DNA of 62,966 nucleotides, filler included, from Pirum gemmata (Eukaryota): NCBI GenBank assembly GCA_002812295.1. It is 11 parts of 11 records of this genome, joined end to end, with 100 filler letters (N's around TTAATTAATTAA, not from the genome) between each part and the next. Parts side by side here need not be neighbours in the genome. Positions count along the whole stretch, not along the records: positions 51,677 to 57,243 come from PDIN01000501.1; positions 57,344 to 62,966 come from PDIN01000502.1; 9 more parts are not named here. One strand, 5' to 3'. Shown piece by piece: positions 52,706 to 62,966 of this stretch (position 1 is its first letter; each line of letters starts with the position of its first letter). The notes under the pieces were generated by a model. It saw only the letters and a program-made list of their open reading frames with translations, ran no database searches and was not told where the DNA came from. The position numbers and the translations under genes were made by a program.

Positions 52706-52919
52706 GGGAGCGTTCAATAATTACGTAACGCTGGGGGTAGGGGGGTCGGATTTTTGTGACACACGTGACGCATCCAAGGACAAAATATTTTGAAGTTCTT
52801 GGTATCTAGGGTACTATTTTTTCCAAATCGTTACGTCATAAGGGGGGGTAGTCCTTCTCATTCGTGACAGGGAGTTGTTCTTGCCCAAATTGGCGTTACG
52901 TAATTATTGAACGCTCTCC
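52706..52919. mobile_element. PIF/Harbinger-type MITE with about 24-bp TIRs
   Basis: GAGCGTTCAATAATTACGTAACGC ... GCGTTACGTAATTATTGAACGCTC is a perfect inverted pair with a GGG terminus. Confidence 0.85.
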
Positions 52920-52924
52920 TATCA

Positions 52925-55900
52925 TATCACTAGGACACTATCATACTAGCTAGCTAGCTAGCTAGCTAGCTAGTAGTAGCTAGTAGTAGCTATGATAGCT
53001 AGCCTGGATAGCTAGTAGCTGTCGATAGCTAGTCTAGTAGTCTAGCTAGCGTAGTCTAGCTAGCTAGTGCTAGCTATCGATAGCTAGCTACACTTCTACA
53101 CCGTACACATGTTTTGCAGTCCGACTTGTGACGTATCACCTACCTTCCCTCCTGCCAACTACGATGCTGACTCCAGTAGCAGACTCCAGAGTCTAAAATA
53201 ATATGCATTGATATAAATAATATGACCATAATATAGTCATAATAATATTATCATAATGCCGCTAGCTAGCTAGGCTATGATACTTTTTTTATTTTTTAAA
53301 AAAAAAAAAATAGTCTACTATATAATATTATGATATGATACTAGGATATCATAAATTCATAATATCCAGGAATCGATTAGGGAATAGCAGGAATCGATGT
53401 ATACGTGGGTATTTTTAAACGTGGCCCTATTATTAGTATCATAGCTAGCTTGCTAATATTATATCATATCATATCATAGTATGATATCATAGCAGTATGA
53501 TAGCTATGAGTAGCTCTATAGTAGCTAGTAGCTTGCTAATATCATATGATATATAGTATGATAGCACTATGATAGCTATGAGTAGCTCTATAGTAGCTAG
53601 CTTGCTAATATCATAGTATGATAGCAGTATGATAGCTATGAGTAGCTTTAGGTTGCTAATATCATAGTATGATAGCAGTATGATACTAAGCTATGATATA
53701 TAGCTAGAGAGTAGCTATCATAGCTATTCATATTAATACTAGCTATCATAGCTGCTATAGTAGTAGGGGTTGGCACTTGGTTCTCTACATGTTATGATAT
53801 GATATCGACTCTAACTAAAGCAGCAGCTCAGATCAACTGATAGAGCTGTACGATGTATCATAATATCATATACTTATCAGATTATGATATTACTATCAGA
53901 TACATAGAACTACCTATATATAAACTCTAATATTAATATCATGATATAGACTACTCTTATTTTTTTTATTTTTTTTTCTAGAGAAGTAAGTTCCTGTGTT
54001 TATAAAATAAGGAGCAGTAGGTTACAGTTATATAGTTTTAAATTCAAGTTGTAATTCGTTGATTTGTTGCATAATACTTTGGTATAAGTTTTAATGATTT
54101 GATTGTCACTTGGTTTTAACTTGTTGTACGTTTCATAATGACACCATAATATATAGTCTATTATAAAAGCAATTGTATTGTTGTTTTGTTGTATTAATAG
54201 AAATATTGGGGTTTAAACTTTGTTCCTAGTATTAATATTATGGCGTTGTGGTCGTTATTGTGGATATTGTTGGAGTTGTCGTGAATATCGTCTATATTCG
54301 GATTCATATGTAATATTTTTTTGATGTAGCTATATTAGTTAGCCATTCTAGTCTAGTCTTGCAGGGTTGTTATATATATATTATATGAAATTCATAAATA
54401 AGAATACCAGTTGTCTTCAGAGATTTTTAGTTTGGCTTCTGGTGGAAATTCCTTGGAACAGTACTACTAGTATTGAGTGAATTTGAGTCAATGACATTAA
54501 TAAAGGTTGGGTTTTCGACGTCCACTGTCTTGTTGGTTTTCTTTGGGTTATAAATTAGTATCGTTATGTGACTTTTTGGTAGTTTTTTTGTATTGATTCT
54601 TCTATTTTTAATTATCTTTTCCTATTCATTTTGTTTTACATCATTACATCCCAAAGGTTGTTTAGGTTGTAACTTGTAAACTTGTTATCATTGAAGGTTT
54701 TTTTGTTTTGTGGTTTTCTTCTATCATAGTCTATCAATATAAAAAACACACAAGCTAGCTAGCTACTAGCTAGCTAGTAGTTAGTGGTAGGACCTTAGGG
54801 TGGTAGAGCTATGCATAGCTAACCCTACTATGATATCATAGCTAGTGTGGTAGAGCGGTACTACTAGCTAGATAGCTAGACTATAGCTAGCTAGTTAGTA
54901 GAGGCAAGGAGTTCAAAAAAAAAAAACTCCTTGTCTGCTGAGGATCTCGAGTACTCTACTATTAATTAAACTATCCATAGCTAGCTAGCTATTACCCAGC
55001 TAGCTAGCTAGACCTAAAATAAAAATGTTTTATCTTTTGCTCTTTTATCATAATATTTAATCAATTAAGTTCAAACTTCATTTCTTATTAATATCATGAT
55101 AATAATATTATTATAATTGTAATATCATAATTATACTCTTTTTTGAAAAAAATATCGTGCTTTTCAGCTGTTTTGTCATCATAAAATGTAAATAAAGGGT
55201 ACCAGATTAATAAAATATAAACCCATTTCATTTAATTTGGTATATTTTATTATTTATTTATTCATTTAACAATGACAATTAAAAAATTATAACCAGCCAA
55301 ATAAATAGACAGAGTGACAAAATAAATGAAAAGCGCTATATTAGTATCGGATAACTATCGGATACCGGTAGACAGTTACACTAGCTAGACTAGTTAGTAG
55401 TACTACTACTAGTCTACTAGATCGGATACTCTTTTTTTTTTTTATTTTTTTTTTTTTTGTCTTTTTAGCTATTTTTATTTTTTGTTATTTTTTTTTTTTT
55501 TTTTTTTTTTTATTATCATTATAGCTATCATGATATTATGATATTATTTTTTTTTTATGAGTCTCTTTTATAAAAAGCAAATTTAGTTCCCTTTTACAAA
55601 TTTGCACTCAGATTGTATGATTTGTATGAATTTTGTAAATTTGTGTGAAATTGTATCAGATAAATTGAGATAAATTATTGATAAATTCTATAAATTCTCA
55701 GATAATTTAGATTTCAGTGACTTTCTAAAAAAAAAAAAGGTTATTTGTTAAAACAGACTTTTCATTGGATAAATAAAAAGGACCAGGCTACATTTTAAAA
55801 ATAGGATAAAAATAAAACTGAAAAATAAAACCTGAAAATAAACTAGTGAAAATAAAACTGTGAATAAACTTCAATAAAGTCTGGCGAGTGGCGAGTGAGG

Positions 55901-56460
55901 GCGAGTGAGAGCTACTAGCTAGTAGGTCTACTAGCTAGAGCTAGCTAGTTATGATAGGTTATGATAGCTAGCTAGTATCTACTATCATGATATCATAGTA
56001 GCTAGCTAACTATAGTAGAGAGTAGACTCTATTAGAGCAGTATTAGAGCTATGATATCATATTAATTTTTTAGACCTGGGTCTGCTGAGTCTGTCTGGTG
56101 AGTGTCTGCTGACTCTGCTCAAGTTCACTCATATCGATTATCAACTGATGGTGTCTATCATGATAGCCTACGCTACTTATCATACATACACAAGTAACAC
56201 AACTATATATAGTCTATAGCAACTATCATAGCGGTATCGAGGCGTAAAAGTAGACTAGTCTATGATATTGGAGACCAATAGCTAGCTAGCTAGACCAATA
56301 CAGTACCAATACCCTACCAATACTATCCAATACTGCAAATTCTCCAATACCTGTAAATAGTTTGTACAGCAGGTAGCTAGAGTAGTCTAGCTACTAGCTA
56401 GAGTAGTAGAGAGAGATCTGTTAGCTACTAGCTAGCTAGAGTAGCTACGAATCCCCCCTA
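52925..56460. repeat. Second large TAGC/TATGATA-vocabulary tract, including a roughly 50-bp tandem repeat at 53435-53690
   Basis: (TAGC)n runs; GCTTGCTAATAT..CATAGTATGATAGCAGTATGATAGCTATGAGTAGCT repeated about four times. Confidence 0.75.
55156..55337 (+). mobile_element. MITE family A, copy 6
   Basis: CGTGCTTTTCA...TGAAAAGCGCT, AT-flanked. Confidence 0.85.
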
Positions 56461-56562
56461 CGATAAATGATAGGTCTGTCGATAATAGTCTATCATAATA
56501 TGTATTGTAATATGTATAGTATAATACATATAAATATTTTGCTGTAGTCTATATTCTTTTAC

Positions 56563-56610
<48 letters not shown>

Positions 56611-56746
56611 TAACAATAACAATAACAACAACAATAACAATAATAATAATAATATTGAAGTACCAATAAAATTCTCAACTGAAAATTCATTTGAAAACTC
56701 GAACCTTTCTTGTATGAATTTTGTAACCTATTTTTTCTACTACATC

Positions 56747-57004
56747 ATGCTTAGAGTTTGTTCGCGACAATTTTACCTTGCATCTAAAAGTGATGCTAAA
56801 TTTTTTCGTAGGTTGTACTCAGCCCCTAGTGTTACAGAAGAAAAATTCGCTGGCAAACATTTGCGAACTTTGATTACTGGACCCCCGGGTTCAGGTAAAG
56901 GCACTATATCTGAGATGCTTCTCGAAAATTTCCCCTTTGTACACCTTTCTTCTGGAGATTTACTACGACATCATATTGCCAAACATACAGAAATTGGAGC
57001 ACAG
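56747..57004 (+). CDS. Adenylate kinase (AK3/AK4-like, probably mitochondrial), exon 1
   Basis: Arg/Ser-rich presequence-like N-terminus, P-loop GPPGSGKGT, HLSSGDLLR; phase-0 CAG|GTACTT donor. Confidence 0.9.
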
Positions 57005-57343
57005 GTACTTTTTACCATCATTACCAATATCATTAACATTAAATAAAATTAACATTATCATTATCATTAACATTATCATTACCAATATGGTTATTATTAT
57101 CATTACTCATTACCATTATCGTTACCATCACCATTACCATTATCGTTACAATTATCATAACCATTATCATTGCTATTATCATTACCTTTATTATCATCAT
57201 TACCATTACCATTACCATTACCATTACCATTACCATTACCATTNNNNNNNNNNNNNNNNNNNNNNNNNNNNNNNNNNNNNNNNNNNNTTAATTAATTAAN
57301 NNNNNNNNNNNNNNNNNNNNNNNNNNNNNNNNNNNNNNNNNNN

Positions 57344-58033
57344 TGGTGTGACTGGTTTAGCACCCTCTTCACAAGGTGTTGGACACTTTTTGTCTGCCTG
57401 CTCAGATAAAAACTTTTGAAACTCCCACATTGATGATTGTACAGTTAAGCCAGAACAAGCATACCATTGGGCGTTGCCAATAATTCCATCCGGAGACATT
57501 GCAAATTCAATATCTTTAAAACATGATGCATGATCAGATGCGCTTTTCACTGTTAAACAAACACCAGGCATCTCAACTGGTGTGACTGGTTTAGCACCCT
57601 CTTCACAAGGTGTTGGACACTTTTTGTCTGCCTGCTCAGATAAAAACTTTTGAAACTCCCACATTGATGATTGTACAGTTAAGCCAGAACAAGCATACCA
57701 TTGGGCGTTGCCAATAATTCCATCCGGAGACATTGCAAATTCAATATCTTTAAAACATGATGCATGATCAGATGCGCTTTTCACTGTTAAACAAACACCA
57801 GGCATCTCAACTGGTGTGACTGGTTTAGCACCCTCTTCACAAGGTGTTGGACACTTTTTGTCTGCCTGCTCAGATAAAAACTTTTGAAACTCCCACATTG
57901 ATGATTGTACAGTTAAGCCAGAACCAGCATACCATTGGGCGTTACCAATAATTCCATCCGGAGACATTGCAAATTCAATATCTTTAAAACATGATGCATG
58001 ATCAGACGCGCTTTTCACTGTTAAACAAACTCC
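57344..58033 (-). repeat. 234-bp coding tandem repeat (three or more copies, nearly identical)
   Basis: TGGTGTGACTGGTTTAGCACCC recurs at 57344, 57578 and 57812. Confidence 0.95.
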
Positions 58034-59934
58034 AGTAATAGGTGGGGTAGGCATAGTGTCTGTGGCAGGAGGGTAAGGTTTGGCCGGACCGGGTGAACCA
58101 GAAACTAGAGATTCGCAGTTTACACTACAAGGTTCAGGCATGGTTGGAATTGCTGCAAATTCGTCGTAAGCTTTTCGCTTCTTTCTATCAATAGTCACTA
58201 ACCCCCAATATTCCTCGTTAAAGGTCATATCCGGGTATGGACCCGACTGAGGGGCGAGTCCACCTACATCTTGGACATTTGGTGAACCGTTTCCGTCCTT
58301 CCACCATTCATCATTGAATTCGAAAATAACACCACCAATACAATTGCCTTGTCTTAATACAGAGTTTGTGTGAATTTCTAATGTTAATTGTTTTGTGGCT
58401 AAGGCTTGACTGTCTTCGTCAACTTGGTTTTTGTTAGGGTTAGCATTATAAGCATCAGCACCATACTCACCAATGTACATTGGTTTATTCATACTGTTGA
58501 TTGCGTTCCAATTTTCAAAAATATTTCCAAAGGACAATCCAGTGTAAATGTTTAGACCCCAAATCTGAACAACAGTATCAAAAACAAAACAAGCAAAATA
58601 ATAATAATAATAACAATAGTAAAGTAACGTCAAAATTAGTGATAAACAACAATAAAAATATATAATCATTCTCAAAATAAACATAACTATGCATATAATA
58701 ATTAATATATGTACACAAAAGCCATAAAAGATAAAACATAAAAGTAAAGATGTCGCCCCATTATGTTTTACATAATTTACACATAAACATAAACATAAAC
58801 ATAAAAATAAACATAAACATGAACATGAACATTTACATCAATATCTGGCATTTCATATAACAGAGAAGCACTTGGTAAATGACCATAAATTGTCGAGATA
58901 GGGTGAAAATCATCTACTGCTTTGATAGCTTTGGCTATTTTGTTGATTTTTGCTTTACATTGTTCAAATGTCATCCTTTCGTGTAGATAAATATTATTAT
59001 AATTCCACTCGTTAGCAAGCACCCACATCAGAATAGCGGGGTGGTTTTTTACTTCTTTAACTTTTCTGATTACGTTTTCAACGGTATCAGTACCATAACT
59101 GAACACAGAATTCATAACATAAATACCTATGATATGATTTATTATTATATTATATTGTTATTATTAGTATTATTATTATTATTATTTAGTAGTATTGTAT
59201 TTGTATTGTATTGTATTGTACAATTGTATTGCATTGTATATATCATATTCATGTTAATTGTAATGCACAATACAATACAATATAATACAATACAAGTCAT
59301 AGTTGATTAACAATTACTACCAACAATAGTATTATAGTAGTAGTGTTAATTAATTATTATTATTATTATTGTTATTAGTTTTAAATATTTTTAAATGATA
59401 TACTATTTATTTTTAGTAGTATTGTATTTGTATTGTATTGTATTGTACAATTGTATTGCATTGCATATATCGTATTCATGTTAATTGTAATGTACAATAC
59501 AATACAATATAATACAATACAAGTCGTGGTTGATTAACAATTACTGCCAACAATAGTATTATAGTAGTAGTGTTAATTAATTATTATTATTATTATTAGT
59601 ATTGCTAATTATAATTACCTTTAGAGTGTAGTTTATCTAAAACAACAGTATCTGTAATTGCTTCATACGTCCTTAGTACATTCATATTCCCTTCTTTCAT
59701 TAATTCACCATCAGCATCAACCGTTCCGCTATAATCAATATGAGGGTGTACCTTCCCCTTAGGCACTGGATTCCAGTTTACCCCTTTAAAGTGCATAGGT
59801 TTACCGTCAATTAACAGCTTGTTGCCATTAATTGTAATGGTGGGTACTCCATCTGGCCGTGCCTGGTCTGCTGGAGCTAAAGCAGAAGCATATTGGATTG
59901 CTAAAGCCAAAGTTAAAGTTCTACTGCTAAACAT
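57344..59934 (-). CDS. Secreted clan GH-A (GH2/GH5-like TIM barrel) glycoside hydrolase with tandem 78-aa Cys-containing C-terminal repeats; exons 59934-59619, 59126-58837, 58564-<57344
   Basis: Signal peptide; GNKLLIDGKPMHFKGVNW, NVLRTY, HPAILMWVLANEWNY (acid/base E), PMYIGEYGAD (nucleophile E), EEYWG. Splicing keeps frame. Confidence 0.9.
59188..59600. repeat. Intronic tandem duplication (about 225 bp), each unit a (TATTG)n...(CAATA)n fold-back
   Basis: Two near-identical units within GH intron 1. Confidence 0.85.
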
Positions 59935-61069
59935 GATAGCTAGTTTTAGTTTTTTTTTGTCTATTTTATTTGTTTATTTGTTTGTTTGTTTGTTTGTTTG
60001 TTTATTTGTTTGTTTGTTTATTATTTTGTTTATTTCTTTGTTTATTTCTTTGTTTTTTTATTTGTTTGTTTGTTTCGTTGTTTGTTTGTTTCTTTTTCAA
60101 TTTTTTAAAAAAAAGTTTTTTTTTTTCGTTTTTTTTGTTTTTTCTGTTTTTGTTTGTTTGTTCCATCATTTTTATACCGTAATGTGTCCTTAGGGGGGTA
60201 ACAATAGTAATAAAAAAGCTATATAATAAACCTTATTATAACGCATTCAAACCTTTATGGTAGATCTGGACTACGCAGTTCTCTACTGCTACGCGGTCCC
60301 TATTAAAATAAAGTAAAAATAATAAAGTACAACATAATACATTATTCTATAAAAGGTCAAATTTACCAGCAAATTGCTCTCAATATCCGTTATATCACTA
60401 CTTTAGCAAAATAATCCACTACTGTGGGAAAGTCTGTGGGAACAGCTATCGTAAGACTTTAAACATCAACATTGGACATAATATTATTCCACAATGCTTC
60501 CACAAACACTTGGCAATATATTACTCAGTTTGTAAATTTTCGAAATACTCGAGCTTTTCAAAAAATACTAAAACAGCTCTAAAACAATAAAAATACAAAA
60601 AACAATTTTTTGTTCAAAAAATATTATAACATGTGTTTTCAAACACATAATGCGAGAAATCCAAGATTCAGTATAATAAATAAAAAACTAAAAAGGGATA
60701 TCTTTATGGGTGTGTATTTTACAATAGGAACCTATGAACGGAACCTGACCTGTAGCGAAACCATAACAACCCGAGTCCCTAGACTTCATTTAATAAACAC
60801 CAGTATTCATATCCCCATTGCTGTACATGTTGCTGCTATAAAGAGAATTATTATAATAAGTATAAAGATTGCGTCATGTACTATATATATATTATATGGG
60901 TTGAGTAGGGTCAAAGGAGGCACTTTGTGGTATTTTTAAGTATATGAAAAACGTTGATTATTCCAAACATGAAATTATTAATAAATTTTCTTCTTATAAA
61001 AAATCAGTGGATAAGAAATGTGAAGATTTGGTTTTCAATTATCTGAAAATGCAATATTTTTATCAACCT

Positions 61070-61279
61070 TTATTTGACGGTCATATATATATTCTGATTT
61101 AATACCTTTTGACGCATATTATAATCCCTAGCTTCTATGGCCTTTATCCGAACAGCTTGATGTTTGGTTTTTAATTCAGGTGTATTGATCCCAAATAATC
61201 GACATTTTTCTCGATAAAAATTATCACCCAATTTAAATTTAATGATAATAGTGTCACCGTCATATACTTTCTTATAAAT
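61070..61279 (-). pseudogene. Truncated staphylococcal-nuclease (thermonuclease)-like gene, virus-type
   Basis: Frame reads YKKVYDGDTIIIKFKLGDNFYREKCRLFGINTPELKTKHQAVRIKAIEARDYNMRQKVLNQNIYMTVK*, with SNase motifs DGDT and RLxGIxTPE. No start codon; stops before the DxYGR motif. Confidence 0.75.
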
Positions 61280-61534
61280 TAATAATCATCTTCATAGTAA
61301 TAATCGCAATGAACCACTCATGGGTTCATATGCTATTCAATGATTCTCTTACTGAATAACATTTATATTATAGCTATTTAAAAATTAGATATGACATTAA
61401 TTGTAATTAATTTTTTTAAAAAACATAAAAAAAGATTTAGAAAAAAAAAAATACCATTTTTCTGATTTTTTGATTTTTGTAAAAACAAAATTAAACAAGA
61501 AAGAATTAGAAGGGACGGCATAAAATATGAACAA

Positions 61535-61921
61535 TAATACAATACAATACAATACAATACAATGCAATGCAATACAATACAATACAATACAATACAATAC
61601 AATATAAGACAGCACAATACAATAAACTACATTACCATACAATGCAATGTAACACGACACAATATAACACAATGCAACGCAATACAATGCAACATAATAC
61701 AAATGTCATGAACAATACAATACAATATAATACAATACAATACAATACAATACAATACAATACAATACAATTAATATTAATAATACAATACAACATAAAT
61801 CAACACAACACAAAACAATACAATACAATACAATACAATACAATACAATACAATACAATACAATACAATACAATACAATACAATACAATACAATACAATA
61901 CAATACAATACAATACAATAC
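61535..61921. repeat. (CAATA)n microsatellite; also (TTATTG)n at 62836-62935
   Basis: Directly visible. Confidence 0.95.
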
Positions 61922-62966
61922 NNNNNNNNNNNNNNNNNNNNNNNNNNNNNNNNNNNNNNNNNNNNNNNNNNNNNNNNNNNNNNNNNNNNNNNNNNNNNNN
62001 NNNNNNNNNNNNNNNNNNNNNNNNNNNNNNNNNNNNNNNNNNNNNNNTTTTTTTTTTTGAACTCCTTGTACATTATTTGCTGAAAAAAAAAAAGGATAGG
62101 CTTCCCCCAATTCTGCTCTGTTTTTAAAAATCGATATTTCGAGTCTATATATTAATTAATAAGTTCGAAATGTTCAAGTTTACAATTAAGTATTCAAATA
62201 TATTTATTTATTAATAAACCCGAAAAATATAAAAACGGTCACCACCAAAAACATTTGTTTCACAAAAGTTGTGAATTCCGTCATCACCACCAAAGCCGAA
62301 TTTTGGCTTTTTTTGACAGCAAAAATTCGAGCTTTCGGGTTTGAGCAGAATTGCGAGAGGCCTACTGCAGGACCAAAAACATCACCGTTTGATTCGTTAT
62401 AATTGAGTCCATTTCCATTTTTGCTAAAACAAGACTCTTACAAAAGCCAGTAAAAAGTACTAAAAACCTAAAAACCTACAAAAGCTTTTATATAATATCT
62501 AGTAGGGGTGAGATATCTACTGGAACTTTTTTCGAACAGATGCTTTTATCGAGCCAACCTTAGTTCCGTGTTCTTTACTAATGATAGCAGTTAAATAGCT
62601 TAAAATAGTAAATTTAATTATATTAGATACCAATTAAAGTAGTAATATTAACATTGATAGTAATAAAAACCATAAAAATCGGAAAAGTTCCGGCAGCAGC
62701 TTTAGTGTTGAGCTTGAACTCCGAACTTGATTGAGCATGGAGTATGACGTGACGCCGCGAGGCCCTTTTGAAAAAGAAAATAATATGAAGAGAATATCAA
62801 AAGAAAATATGTGTGTGTGAAGTGTGTATAGAATATTGTTATTGTTATTTGTTATTGTTATTGTTATTGTTATTGTTATTGTTATTGTTATTGTTATTGT
62901 TATTGTTATTGTTATTGTTATTGTTATTGTTATTCTCGTTATTATTAATGCTGTTGTAGTCGTAGT

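Noticed and set aside
23524..59934. Alternative genetic code
   Set aside because: All conserved genes read through under the standard code and end at normal stops; no in-frame stops at conserved positions.
61378..62127. QYNTI/LYCIV repeat ORFs, and similar ones at 6109-6439, 9033-9233 and 59970-60182
   Set aside because: Microsatellite translations.

Overview
AT-rich, intron-rich eukaryotic (protist-like) DNA using the standard genetic code. The window is not continuous: it is 11 contigs of about 5.6 kb joined by 100-bp artificial linkers (N44-TTAATTAATTAA-N44), so adjacency across linkers has no biological meaning. Manual splicing recovers genes the ORF track misses: a 12-exon ABC1/ADCK1-type kinase, a strawberry-notch (SBNO) helicase-like gene with short exons in microsatellite introns, class I heme peroxidase exons, an F-box-like exon and a mitochondrial adenylate kinase exon. 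Larger coding regions are a GT1 glycosyltransferase, an ankyrin protein, a PIP kinase, a VWA protein with about 22 TSP1 repeats, a secreted clan GH-A hydrolase with 78-aa Cys repeats, and a >1050-aa orphan protein. The orphan's layout (Cys-flanked polybasic cleavage loop, hydrophobic helices, beta-rich C-terminus) resembles a diphtheria-type AB toxin. Mobile DNA includes a Ty3/gypsy element whose integrase has an extra C-terminal domain resembling a tyrosine-recombinase core-binding domain. A tandem tRNA-Asp unit was hit just upstream of the tRNA by both an LTR element and an L1/Tx1-like LINE. There are also several MITE families, interstitial TTAGGG tracts, a decayed virus-like thermonuclease and large TAGC/TATGATA-vocabulary tracts that appear to be inserted into older repeats. 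All protein assignments come from recognising motifs by eye; no database search was run.
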